A stretch of DNA of 63,698 nucleotides, filler included, from Octopus bimaculoides (taxonomy: Eukaryota), in assembly GCF_001194135.2 (NCBI RefSeq). It is 4 parts of 4 records of this genome, joined end to end, with 100 filler letters (N's around TTAATTAATTAA, not from the genome) between each part and the next. Parts side by side here need not be neighbours in the genome. Positions count along the whole stretch, not along the records: positions 41,431 to 62,143 come from NC_068991.1; positions 62,244 to 63,698 come from NW_026365017.1; 2 more parts are not named here. One strand, written 5' to 3'. Every line of letters starts with the position of its first letter. The first letter of the stretch is position 1. Positions 50,893 to 63,698 of this stretch are shown one piece after another. Under the pieces are notes generated by a model. That model saw nothing but the letters and a program-made list of their open reading frames with translations. It ran no database searches and had not been told where the DNA came from. Made by a program: the position numbers and the translations under genes.

Positions 50893-52834
50893 CACACACA
50901 TATACACTAATATTTAGCAAAATTGATATATATCTGTCTCCATAATCTTTTTTATCACCATTTTCCATTGTAGATATTTGCATGAACAGAGCTAACCTGG
51001 TTCTAAACAACAACCAGGGAATAATAACTTTTTTTTTTACTTTAGGCACAAGGCCCGAAAGTTTTGGAGAGGGGGCCCAGTCGATTAGATCGACGCCAGT
51101 ACGCAACTGGTACTTAATTTATCGACCCCGAAAGGATGAAAGGCAAAGTCGACCTCAGCGGAATTTGAACTCAGAACGTTAAGACAGACAAAATACTGCT
51201 TAACATTTTGCTCGGCATGCTAACGTTTCTGCCAGCTCGCTGCCTTATGTAGGGAATAATAATGATAATAATTGTTTTAAATTTTGGCTCAAGTCCAGTA
51301 AGTTTAGTGGGAGGGGTAAGTTGATTACATTGACCCTAGTACATAACTGGTACTTATTTTATCAACCCTGAAAGGATGAAAGGCAAAGTTGGCCTTGGCT
51401 GAATTTGAACCCAAAACATAAAGATGAATAAAATGCCACAAAGCATTTTGTGCAGTATGCTGATGATTCTGCCAGCTCACTGCCTTAGTTGCAATAATAA
51501 TAATTGTTTTTGATTTAGACACAGGGCTGAAAGTTTTCATGGGACTGGGCTAGTTCATCAAAATGACCACAGTACTTGATTAATGTTTTATTATTGTTTC
51601 ACTCCAGAGGGATGAAAGACATCATCATCATCATCGTTTAACGTCCGTTTTCCATGCTAGCATGGGTTGGATGATTTGACTGAGGACTGGTGGACCAGAT
51701 GGCTGCACCAGGCTCCAATCTGATCTGGCAGAGTTTCTACAGCTGGATGCCCTTCCTAACGCCAACCACTCTGAGAGTGTAGTGGGTGCTTTTACATGCC
51801 ACCGGCACGAAGGCCAGTCAGGCAGTACTGGCAACAGCCACGCTCGAAATGGTGTATTTTACGTGCCACCTGCACAGGAACCAGTCCAGCGGTACTGGCA
51901 ACGATCTCGCTCGAATGTCTTTTCACGTGCCAGGAAGCTGACGATGGTAACGGTGGCAAAATTAACTTTGGCAGGATTATTTTTTTGTTAACTCAGACAA
52001 GGTTGACTTGGATGGGATGTAGAGGAGGAGACAATATCGGAAGTATGAATGATATTGCTGAGTAATTCATTTCTGATTTATTAAAAAAAAATATACTAAT
52101 TTTTCACTTCCATTCATGTACAGTGTCATACATCTAATAGTGATTCTCTCATGATTTCTTTGTTGACTCCAGTGAAGTCTATGCTTTGCTGAGGAGTTCT
52201 AATGAGGCAGAAACATATAGGCGGTGAGCTGGCAGAATCGTTAGCATGCCGGGTGAAATGCTTAGCGGAATTTCGTCTGCCGTTACGTTCTGAGTTCAAA
52301 TTCTGCCTAGGTTGACTTTGCCTTTCATCCTTTCGGGGTTGATAAATTAAGCAACAGTTATGCACTGAGGTCAATGTAATCAACTTAATCCCTTTGTCTG
52401 TCTTTGTTTGTCCCCTCTATGTTTAGCCCCTTGTAGGCAATAAAGAAATAAGAAACATATTTGGAGTTGTCACCCACACTAGCCAAGATGATTAAAATGT
52501 TATTAAACATTGAGCTAATGTTATTCCTCACTGCAAAGGACATTTAATTCTCTGGCTAGGACACTTAATTCTTGTTGGCCCAGTTCCTCTTGTAAGTTGG
52601 TACCACTGAAGAGAATATGTTGTTCTTATGGTCAGCAGTGATCATACTGCATAATAGCTTACAGCAAGATCTAAATAAGCTACAATTTAGCTAATTCGGA
52701 TTTTGTATGTAAGCAGGTAGTGGTAGTGGTGCATACTTCAGTTCTTTTACCTCCAGATTTTGATGATAAGAAGATTTAATATTATTTACTGGAAAATATG
52801 CTAAGGACTTCATTCACCTCTTTGTGTTTTTCAG

Positions 52835-52901
52835 TTCACTCCTTTGGAACAAGCTAAGCTGAATTTAGTTGCTGTTTACGCCATGAATTCTTTATTTTGG
52901 G
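52835..52901 (+). CDS. C1D: C1D exon 2 (FTPLEQAKLNLVAVYAMNSLFW, phase 0/1)
   Basis: tgtttttcag| ... |gtaaag; matches the Sas10/Utp3/C1D motif L(D/T)PLEQAKxxLxxxYxxNSxFW. Confidence 0.94.
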
Positions 52902-55471
52902 GTAAAGTTTCTTTTACTTGTTATATCTGTTATACTCGAATTTCTTTTTTTACTATTTGCATAATCATCATCATCGTTTAATGTCAGCTTTCCATGCTAG
53001 CATGGGTTGGATGATTTGACTGAGGACTGGTGAAACCAGATGGCTACACCAAGCTCCAATCTGATTTGGCAGAGTTTCTACAGCNNNNNNNNNNGCTACA
53101 CCAAGCTCCAATCTGATTTGGCAGAGTTTCTACAGCTGGATGCCCTTCCTAACGCCAACCACTCTGAGAGTGTAGTGGGTGCTTTTATGTGGCACCAGCA
53201 TGAAGGTCAGTCAGGCGGTACTGGCAACTGCCACACTCGAAATGGTGTATTTTATGTGCCACCCGCACAAGAGCCAGTCCAGGGGCACTGGCAAGGATCT
53301 CACTTGAAAATCCTTAGACGCTCACTCACGTATGACTGTCTACATCTCTAATGTGTTACATTGTGTCAGTATGTGAAATCATTGATGTAGAGCAGGGGTG
53401 GGGGAAACTTTTTAGGGCGGCAGGCAAAAATTTCCAACGAAAAAGGTCTGCAAGCAGATCACAAGTTGTAACTCTCATATCTGTGTAAATCTTGCATATA
53501 TCTATGTATAATTTGAGACACATTAATAAAAATAAGTTTAAGACATTAAGTTATCGCATAACATTTTCGTTAATGTCGCCACTGAATTTAGGATGTTTAT
53601 ATTACCTATCAGGCATTCTATATTTTTCAGCTAGTGTAGTTGGGTCTCAAGGGGGTGGTACAAACCTAGTAATATGTGTTTTATAGTGAAAACAAAATTT
53701 CCATTCAAATGGCAATTACTGGACGATTTTATGTTTGAATCTAACTGTTTTAAGTTGTAGTGGAAATGTGACCTATTGTCACAAATAGGAATACAAATAT
53801 TGTATCATCATCATCATCATCATTTAACGTCTGCTTTCCATGCTAGCATGGGTTGGACAATTTGACTGAGGACTGGCAAGCCAGAAGGCTGCACCAGGCT
53901 CCAATCTGATCTGGCAGAGTTTCTACAGCTGGATGCCCTTCCTAACGCCAACCACTCCGAGAGTGTAGTGGGTGCTTTTACGTGCCACCGGCACAAGGGC
54001 CAGTCACACGGTACTGGCAACGACCACGCTCAAAAAGGTGTTTTTTACGTGCTATATTTTGTACATACAAGTATACCAGCCTGTGGGTGCAATAAAATGA
54101 GCTCATGAATTGTGAAGCCAACTGGATATGATGAAAGACATTAGTTTTTCTCTGTGTGTGTGTGTGAGTATGACATCTGTTACTTCATGGATATGTAATG
54201 TAAAATAAGTGATAAAACTATCATGACTTGATAGTCGAAATGTCACTTGTAGATATAGTATCATCATTGTTTAATGTCTGCTTTCCATGCTGGTATGGGT
54301 TGGACGATTTGGCATGGAGCTGCCCAGACTCCACTTGTCTATTTTGGCATGGCTTCAATGGTTGAATTCCTTTCCTAATGCCAACCACTCAAGAATGTGC
54401 TGGGTGCTTTTTACATGATACTGAGAAAATATTGGGAAGAAATAAAGTCAAGTCTGGGAACATTGAAGAAAGAGCTGATATTTGAGGAAACTAGTGAATA
54501 TTCTATGTTGTCAAAACCAAAAGTTAATGAAATTTTCAGAATATGTCTATAAAGCCCTGAAGAAAGATATGGTTTGACATTTTGAGCAAAGCTGTTTTTA
54601 CTAACATTGGGTCTCAGATATAGATGATACTGCTTCAAGGCCTATGTAGTTGTACTTTGTTTTTTTTTTCTCTGCACTTCCATCCTATCCATGCTAGCAG
54701 AGAAAAATTTGTTTTTAACCCTGCCTCACGACTATGACGATGATCACCATCATCATCATCATCATTATCGTTGTCATTTAACATCTGCTTTCCATGCTGG
54801 CATGGGTTGGACGGTTTGACTGAGAACTGACAGGCTGGGAAGCTGCACCAGGCTCTAATCTGATCTGGCAAGGTTTCTACAGCTGGGTGCCCTTCCCAAC
54901 ACCAACCACTCTGAGTGTAGTGGGTGCTTTTATGTGCCACTGGCATGGGAGCCAGTCAGGTGACACTGGCATCAGCCATGCTCAAAATGGTGCTTATTAC
55001 GTGCTACTGGCATGGGTGCTAGTCTGGTTGCACTGGCACCATCATTCTTTTATGTCTGCATTTCCATGCTAGCATGAGTTGGATGTGTCTTTAGAAGCTG
55101 TGTTTTATGGCTAGATGTCCTTCTTTTCAACAACCCTTTTAGTTACTTCCTATGCTATAGAGAGCTGTGATGCACTTGTTTTAAAGCTGGTATATACGTA
55201 CTGTCCATATCTTTCAGCTGATTTCAGAAATAATCAAAATTTTGGTGAGATTTTGTAAAATAATAAAAGTTTTCTTTATTAATTTGGTATTTAGAATGTA
55301 CAAAGACGTTTTCACATAATTTTATAATGGGAGTTTTAAATTCAAATATACAGACTTCAAACTGAACAGTTTCTTTCTTGAATCATAGGGTTGTTGTTGA
55401 TGATGGTGATGATGATAATATTAATAATGACAGTGATTACTGTACCTAACAATTATTTATTTCTTTTCCAG

Positions 55472-55527
55472 CATATTTGAATACATGTGGTTTGGAGCCT
55501 TTAGGAAAAGGTGTGAAAACAGAATTG
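55472..55527 (+). CDS. C1D: C1D exon 3 (AYLNTCGLEPLGKGVKTEL, phase 1/0)
   Basis: ttcttttccag| ... |gtaaat; phase-compatible with exons 2 and 4; aligns to C1D YLxTQGxxPxxHxVKxEL. Confidence 0.9.
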
Positions 55528-57304
55528 GTAAATAATTTGTTTTTTCTTTTAAATTACTTGTCAATGCAAAGTCTTTTCTATTTTTTCTTTTACTTGTATC
55601 AGTCACTGGACTGTAGCCATGCTGTGCCTCTGCCCTTAAGGGTTTTGTCAATTAGATCAACCCCAGAACATATTTCTAAGTCAGGTACTTATTGTATCAC
55701 TCTCGTTTTACTGAACTGGTAAGTTACAAGGACATCAGCAAACCAATACTCACTCACAAGTGGTGAGAGACATACACACACTGAGCTTCCTCACAGTTTC
55801 CCTCTTCAAAAACTTCACTCACAAGACATTGATTGACCATGGGGCTAGAGAAGAAGGCACTCATTTAAATTGCTAGGCGGTAGGGCTGAACCCAAAACTA
55901 CATGGTTATGAAACAAATTTCTTAACCATACAGCTGCCCCTATGCCTAGATTAATAACTTGATTAATGTTTGTCCTCTTTATTATTTCATGTTTGTCATT
56001 GAATGGTGGAGCTCTAAAATTATACTTTATTAATTTGCTTTACGCAAAATTTGCACAACATAATTGGTGCTTTATGTTCAGTGTCTTTCTTCTTATGATT
56101 TATCAGAGATAAAGAATCGCCTGATGTTTTTGAACCCTTTAGCTTGGTCTTTGTACCATCGCCAGAACCTGTTTCAACTCTTTATGGTTACTCACTACAT
56201 CCAAGACACAAGTGTGCTACATTCTAGAGATGCTGCTTACACCTAAAGTAGGGCAGCTACTAAGGACATTCAAGCGAAATCGTTGCCAGTACCGCTGGAC
56301 TGGCTCCCGTGCAGGTGGCACGTAAAAGACACCATTTCGAGCGTGGCCGTTGCCAGTATCGCCTGACTGGCCTTCGTGCCGGTGGCACGTAAAAGCACCC
56401 ACTGCACTCTCGGAGTGGTTGGCATTAGGAAGGGCATTCAGCTGTAGAAACTCTGCCAAATCAGATTGGAGCCTGGTGTAGCCATCTGGTTTCACCAGTC
56501 CTCAGTCAAATCATCCAACCCATGCTAGCATGGAAAGCGGACGTTAAACGATGATAATGATGATGATGATGATAAACCACATAAAAAAAATGGCCTTTCC
56601 ACCAGCTGTGCCTAAATCAAGAATAGCTATAGGGCAGTGAGTTGGCCGAGTCATCAGAGCTTCAGGAAAATGTTTTTCAGTATTCGTTCCAGCACCCTAA
56701 GTTCAGATACTTCTGAGGTCGGCTTTGTCTTTTACCCTTCTGGGTATCAATAAAATAAAATAAGTCAAGTACAGGGATCACTTTAATCAACTAAACCCTT
56801 CTCCCAAATTTCAGGTCTTGTACCTATAGTAGAAAGAAATATTGAGTGAAAGAACAGTGCATGCCATCAAAATGACATGGGTAAAATATATGAAGCCTAA
56901 TATACCCATCATGACTACTTGTCTGATAAGGGTACACCAGGCACATGCATCACAACCATATGTGTGTGACATGGTGATCTCATATCAAGATTAACAGTGC
57001 ATAACCTTGCAGGTTGAGCCCAGTTAGAATTTTCTTCAGGTCAAGTAACCAATCCCACTCCAGAAGTCCCTGAATAAGGTTTGTTTTAAGGATGATGAAC
57101 AAAACACTCATGTTTCCAGAGGTGAATTATTCAAACTCCAAAGAATTCCTCTCAACACATGGCTATGAGGCTCCCCCACTACTTCTGCTTATGATCAGAG
57201 ATGCATGTATCATTGGCCACTAAGGGATATGGTCAAACGAGTGAGAAGCAAATCTGTGATATTGAGCAGAATATTTGCTGTAGCCTGTCTTTTATACCAA
57301 GACA

Positions 57305-57336
<32 letters not shown>

Positions 57337-58458
57337 GTTATTATGATGATGATGATGGCAGCAAGGTGACAGAGTTGTTAGCACACTGGGTGAAATGCCA
57401 CTGCATTCTGAGTTCAACTTTGCCTTTCATTCTTTCAGAATTGATAAATTAAGTACCAGTGAAACACTGGGGTTGATGCAATCGACTAGTCCCCTCCCCC
57501 ACAAATTTCAGGCCTTGTACCTATAATAGAAAGGACTATTATTATAATTATTACTAATTGTAGTGATTGATTGGTAGAGTCATTTGGAGCATTGGCCAAA
57601 GTGTTTCATGGTTTTTGTTCTGAGTCCAAAGCTCACTGAAGTCAACCTTACCTGTTGCCAATAAACTAAAATACTAATCAAGCTGCCATCTGTTATCTTG
57701 TCTGTATGATATTAATATTACATTATTATTATTATTGTTGTTATTATTATTGTTATTATCGTCATCATTAATATACATTTTTATCATCCATGATGATTTA
57801 ATATCTATTTTCCATGTTGACATCGGTGGGATGGGTTGACTGGATCCAATGGAGTTGTGTCAGGTCCTGATGTCAGCTTTGGCATGGTTTCTATGGCTCA
57901 ATGCCCTTCCTAACACCAACTGCTTTACAACCTGTGCTGAGTGCTTTTTCTTGTGGCACCGGCACTAGTGAGGTCACCAAGTAACTTGCAAGACAAAACA
58001 AAGAAAGGAAAAGGAAAAAGCCCTCTTGACTGAGTGAGAGTGTGTCTGAGAGAGGGGCAGGTGGCTTAATGCCAGCTGTTAAGAGGCTAAAGTATGATAG
58101 AGGGACAAGCACAAATGTTTTGCTATAAAGGTGATACATGGCTACCTTGAATTATGTGAGGGTGAGCAAGAGTAGCTGGAAGGGAGATAAAGATGGTAGT
58201 GACAGGGTGCCAGAAATACTCTCAAAATCATCATCATCATCATCATAGTTTAACGTCCGCTTTCCATGCTAGCATGGGTTGGACGATTTGACTGAGGACC
58301 GGTGAACCAGATGGCTACACCAGGCTCCAATCTGATTTGGCAGAGTTTCTACAACTTGATGCCCTTCCTAATGCCAACCACTCAGAGAGTGTATATATAA
58401 ATTATTAATATACATCATTATTCATTGATATATTCTCTTAATGTTTCATTTCATCCAG

Positions 58459-58510
58459 GACCGCGTCCGGACTTATATGAATCGTGTGAAAGAAATTGAA
58501 GACAAAGCTA
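58459..58510 (+). CDS. C1D: C1D exon 4, 5' part (DRVRTYMNRVKEIEDKA...), truncated by assembly gap
   Basis: tttcatttcatccag|GAC; matches C1D (E/D)R(I/V)RxYMNRVKEI; runs into N gap at 58511. Confidence 0.93.
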
Positions 58511-60847
58511 NNNNNNNNNNNNNNNNNNNNNNNNNNNNNNNNNNNNNNNNNNNNNNNNNNNNNNNNNNNNNNNNNNNNNNNNNNNNNNNNNNNNNNNNNN
58601 NNNNNNNNNNNNNNNNNNNNNNNNNNNNNNNNNNNNNNNNNNNNNNNNNNNNNNNNNNNNNNNNNNNNNNNNNNNNNNNNNNNNNNNNNNNNNNNNNNNN
58701 NNNNNNNNNNNNNNNNNNNNNNNNNNNNNNNNNNNNNNNNNNNNNNNNNNNNNNNNNNNNNNNNNNNNNNNNNNNNNNNNNNNNNNNNNNNNNNNNNNNN
58801 NNNNNNNNNNNNNNNNNNNNNNNNNNNNNNNNNNNNNNNNNNNNNNNNNNNNNNNNNNNNNNNNNNNNNNNNNNNNNNNNNNNNNNNNNNNNNNNNNNNN
58901 NNNCTTAGATACAAGATTTTTCTCATTTTGAAGTCTTCCTGATGAAATTAAACTCCGCCATTATAATTTCATGCAAGAAATCTTTACTAATTTCATCATC
59001 ATCATCATCATCATCGTTTAACCTCCATTTTCCATGCTGGCATGGGTTGGATGGTTTGACTGAGGCCTGGAGAGCCAGTGGCTGCACCAGGCTCCAATCT
59101 GATCTGGCAATGTTTCTACAGCTGGATGCCCTTCCTAACGCCAACCACTCCAAGAGTGTAGTGGGTGCTTTTTTATGTGCCACTGGCACAGGAGTCAGTC
59201 AGGTGGGTCTGGCATCGATCACATTCGGATGGTGCATTTTACGTGCCACCGGCACAAGAGCCAGTCACGGGGTACTGGCATCGGCCACAATTGGTGGGTG
59301 CTTTTTACGTGCCACTGGCATGGGAGCCATTCAATTATTAAAAAAAAGTTTATTTTACTAAATTGCTTTAGATTATTCTATCTTTTGTCTTTTACTTGTT
59401 TTAGTGATTGGACTGCAGCCATGTTGGGGCACTAATTTCAAGGGTTTAGGCAAAAAGATTGACCCCAGTACTTTATTTTTTTAAAGTCTGGTACTTATTT
59501 TATTGACCTGTGTTGCTGAACAAGGGGATGCAAACAAACCAATAACAGTCGTCAAGTAATGGTGGGGGACGATCTATGTCAGATAGGTGAATATGTAGTA
59601 GAGTTAGTGTATCCCAGTTCATGTTGAATAGTTATGTATCCCAGTTAAATCAGTTAGAGTAATGTATACCCCAGTTATTGTACTGGGTTAATTTGTACTC
59701 CAGTCATTGTAGTTAGATGGTGTATCTCAGTTCATGTACTTGGGTTTTTGTGTACCCCAGTTCTTGGATGGGCTAATATGTACCTCTGTCACTGTAACTG
59801 GGTTATTGTGTACCCTAGTTCATGTCCAGGAGTTAGTATGTGTCCTTGTTTATCGTTACATTCAATGTCCCTTTTTTCCATGTGGGTATGGGTTGGACAG
59901 TTCAGCAGGAACTGACAAGCAAGCTGAGCTCCAATGTCTGCTTTAGCATGGTTTCTACAGCTGGATGCCCTTCCAAATGCCAACCATTTTACAGAGTGTA
60001 CTGGGTGCTTTTTTTTTATGGCACCAGCACCAGTGAGGTCACCAGATACTCATATGACAAACGCCTTTGGCTGAGTGGGATATAGTGCTGAAGGAGGTGA
60101 TAGAATGATAGGGGTGTTTTGCTGGCGAGGTGAACACATGGTTTCCCCAGCTGGAAAGAGAGAGAGAGAGAGAGGTGTATTTTGAGAGAATAGGAATGGA
60201 AAGAAAGAAAAGGTCAATGGGTAGGTAAGTGCGCTGGAGTGTGAAAAGCGTGTGACATGATTAGAGATGGGGATTAAGGTGGATGCATTGAATATCAACT
60301 TGGGGAAAGAGAGGTGAAGGAAATAGGAGTGGGTCAGGGAGGAAGAGGAAGAGGAGGTAATAAGGGACAGTAGTCGGGATATGATATACTGTATTGAGCA
60401 ATAAATGGTATTGCTGGGTTATTGTTTGCCTGTCCTTAGATGGGTTTATGTATCTTGGTCACTGTAGTTATATTATAGCGTTCCTCATGTTATTGGGGTT
60501 TTTGTGTACTCCAGCCCTCCTTAGGTGGGCTAATGTGTACCTTAATTGCTGTAGTTGAGTTGGTGTGAACTGCAGTCACTCTACTTGGGTCTGTGTGTAC
60601 TTTATTCACCATAGTTGGAGTAGTGTCTACTTAAGTGTTTGTAGATGGTTTGATGTGTCCCCAATGTTCCTGTAGTCATTCAATTGTGTACCTGAATTTT
60701 GCTAGTAGCTGAGCTACATGTCTATCTCAGTTTAAATAATTTGTTTACTGTGGACCTAGCTCACTGCTAATACCTTTTAATATCTTTTCAGAAGCATTTT
60801 AAAAAATTGTTCAATTTTCTTTCCCTGCCCCACCCCCCATTTTCTAG

Positions 60848-60945
60848 CTGAAGCTGATCAAGACAGACCGGTTGAAGCCCCACCTCCAAAGAAGAAGAAA
60901 AAACTGAACAAAAAGAAACCAAAAAAAGGAAAACACCCAAAGTGA
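60848..60945 (+). CDS. C1D: Probable C1D terminal exon (xEADQDRPVEAPPPKKKKKLNKKKPKKGKHPK*)
   Basis: Acceptor catttttctag|; open phase-1 frame to TGA 60943-60945; ATTAAA at 61041; linkage to exon 4 is inferred because the exon 4 donor lies in the gap. Confidence 0.65.
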
Positions 60946-61877
60946 GAAGGTTCTTCATATCCTTTCTTTTTCCTTCTCTACTTCCTTCTTCACCCTCCCC
61001 CCAAACGTTGCTCTCTGTCTATAGTTTTATATTATTTTTTATTAAACAAATCGCAAATCACAAGTCTTTGTTATTGAGTTCTTTTTTTTGTTTCTTGAGA
61101 ATTGTTTTTGTTGATGTTTAGCAGTGGATCAATCCTGATCTAACATACATATAATGATTAAAGACATCCTGGCCATTCATGGCCATCTTGTCTCTTCATT
61201 CAGATATAGATTACATCCTGGTTTTAAGAATAGGTATACTGCATCAATCTGTGTTGTATGGGGCATTTAAAAGGCTTGATTGATAGGAAGGGCAACTGAC
61301 CATAAAATGCTGTTTCAATCCATCCAAATGAAGCCTGAATGGAAGAGATGTAAAACAATGATGAAGATGACGATGATGGTGATGATATATCTAAGACTAT
61401 TATCCAATGTGTCTTTCATTATTTAAGACAGTACATGTGATTAGATGGGAATTTAGTTGCTCTTTCTAGCTAGGTGAACGTTTATGTTGGGTCTTCAGTG
61501 TTGGTGTTGGTTGGGATGTTAAAGGTGAGGGTGAATGTTGCTCTTGTTTATCATAGGTCAGCCCTGTTTTAGCTGATCTATGTTTGAAGACCTTCCAACA
61601 ATGTAGCCATTTGGGATGGCTTGAACATCTTTGATAATAATTCTTTCCAATCAGGGCTGATCTAGAGTTAAGAAAATACAAATAACTGTTGCAAATTTAT
61701 AAGTTTTACTAAATATTTTCCACATTAGTGGCTGTGTAGTAAGTAGCTTTCTTACCAACCACATGGTTCCGAGTTCAGTCCCACTGCATGGCATCTTGGG
61801 CAAGTGTCTACTACTATAAGCTCGGGCCAACCAAAGCCTTGAAAGTGGATTTGGTGAACGGAAACTGAAAGAAACCG

Positions 61878-61910
<33 letters not shown>

Positions 61911-63014
61911 TATGCAGGGCAGGGAATCGTCAATTAGTAATAAAATTAATAATCAACAATTTTGCCGGGTAGCTCAGTATGAAAAAACCTTCTTCGGTAA
62001 AAAACATTTATAATCATAAATATATAGGGATTGACAGTAACCTGCTTCTCCAACATACTGAGAATTCAGAAATAGCAGTCAAAGAACTACTGATTTCAAA
62101 ACTACAAATTATTACTCCAGATTGATAGTGATATTTTTGATACNNNNNNNNNNNNNNNNNNNNNNNNNNNNNNNNNNNNNNNNNNNNTTAATTAATTAAN
62201 NNNNNNNNNNNNNNNNNNNNNNNNNNNNNNNNNNNNNNNNNNNATGTATGTATGTATGTATGTATGTATGTATGTGTGTGTGTATGTATGAGTGCATGTA
62301 AGTATATGTATGTGTATGTGTGTATGTATATATGTATGTACATACATGTGCATGTACATATGTATGTACATATGTATATATGTATGTACGTATGTATGTA
62401 CATATGTATGTATGTATATATCTATACATACATTCTGTATCTATACAAATCACAATTCACCATTGGCTCACACCATCATCAACAAAATTCCTCAGGCAAT
62501 AAATAATATACACCCACTCATCTCTATATTGTTGTGAACACACTAGTGTATGAATACATACATACATGTCTTAATGTGTTTGTCAGTATGCTTATATATT
62601 TGTCAAACTTCTGGCATGTGTATGTTTGCATCTACATACATCTATATATGTGTATATGTGCATACATGAATATGTGTGTGATTGTTTGCATGTGTATCAA
62701 GTGTATCCATATGTATGTACATATATGTCTATGTGTATATGTGTTGGAGTGTATGAATGTGTCTGTTTACATGTCTGTTCTGTACGTATTTCTCACTCAT
62801 TTATCATCATGTCTAAGTGTATCTAAGTATATCATATTATATATTCTCCTATATGTAACCAACTTATATATTTAAATGCTCGGTAACACTGCACTGAAAT
62901 TGCTCTGAGACTCAACTCTGTGTGCATGGTTACATATAGCAGAAACAGCTGCAAGCTAATGAAAGTGATTATGTAACACATGTTCTTTCATTATTCATTT
63001 ATTCAAATTATACT

Positions 63015-63698
63015 CCCAATGTGTATATACAAAAGAGTGTAAGTGATATCAGTAAAAAACTGGGTATACAAGACATCAGATGTAGTGTGCAAGAGAGAAA
63101 ACTCCACCTGTACGGTCATATAATGCTAATGAAAGAAGACAGTTGCATCACAAAGTGCTAATCTCTAACTGTGGAGGAGACATGTGAAATGGGTAGACCC
63201 AGAAAGATGTGGGGCAAAGTGGTGAGAAAGGCTCTTCAAACATTGGGCCGCACAGAGGGGAAGACAAGGAACTGAGACCCCTGACAGTTTGCTGTACTTC
63301 AGAAGATGTGTCAAGCAAAGTAAAATTGTGGTTGTGCTTGCTTACAGGCAAGTCCCCTACATCCCTCTTCAGCTGAGAGATCCTAATCTTTTAAGCTTGT
63401 TGGTGCTGGTGCTAAGAAAAAAATCACCTGTGTTGGTGCTATGTAAATGTGTCTATGCTGGTGCTGTGAGGATGCACTATTACACTCTGTAGAGCAGTTG
63501 ACGTTTGGACAGGCATCCAGCTGTAGAAACCATGTCAAAACAGAAATGGAGCCTGGGCAGCTCTTCAGCTGAGCAGTTCTTGTCAAACCTTCCAATCCAT
63601 GCTATCATGGAAAACCAACATGATTGATGATGATGATGACGACGACAACGACAATGACGACGACGACAACGACGACAACCACCACCACCACCACCACC
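63015..63698 (+). mobile_element. RTE LINE 3' end (ORF2 C-terminus, 3'UTR, (GAT/GAC)n tail)
   Basis: KKLGIQDIRCSVQERKLHLYGHI...GRPRKMWGKVVRKALQTLG...FAVLQK; UTR contains the catccagctgtagaaac core shared with the abundant RTE-tail repeats. Confidence 0.8.

Larger units (their letters stand above)
51620..60060 (+). repeat. Series of RTE-tail repeat copies in C1D introns (about 51620, 52965, 53805, 54260, 54745, 57770, 58225, 58995, 59860; inverted copy 56270-56575)
   Basis: Shared (cat)n-gtttaacgtccgctttccatgctagcatgggttgga...ctacagctggatgcccttcctaacgccaacc core with a 14-bp palindrome ccatgctagcatgg and ttttacgtgccacc sub-repeats. Confidence 0.88.

Noticed and set aside
53045-53135. Short direct duplication across a 10-N gap inside an RTE-tail repeat
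   Set aside because: Assembly overlap artefact

Overview
Eukaryotic, AT-rich, microsatellite-dense scaffold with many N gaps. The repeat families and the TTAATTAATTAA gap pads suggest an octopus genome assembly (inference). Two spliced + strand host genes are recognisable by manual splicing and translation. One is the last two exons of SRP14 (41798-41830, 43814-43903); its upstream exons are not visible. The other is C1D/Rrp47 (five coding segments, 49717-60945, exon 4 cut by a gap). Nearly everything else is mobile DNA: a full-length decayed DD34D mariner, DD37D (maT-type) and Tc1/IS630 relics, a Sola-like DDD transposase relic, R4/Dong-type RLE LINE pieces sitting in (TAA)n, RTE LINE 3' ends and about 20 RTE-tail repeats, tRNA-derived SINEs, Penelope-like (GIY-YIG) fragments and a probable solo LTR. 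The most interesting signal is a set of hammerhead-ribozyme (HHR)-like motifs of the Penelope type. Two of them (19539-19901, 42921-43154) form the tip of long non-coding fold-back hairpins. One (5041-5086) overlaps its own perfect antisense copy. No activity or novelty was tested; all calls are by eye. No rRNA, genuine tRNA gene or CRISPR array was seen.
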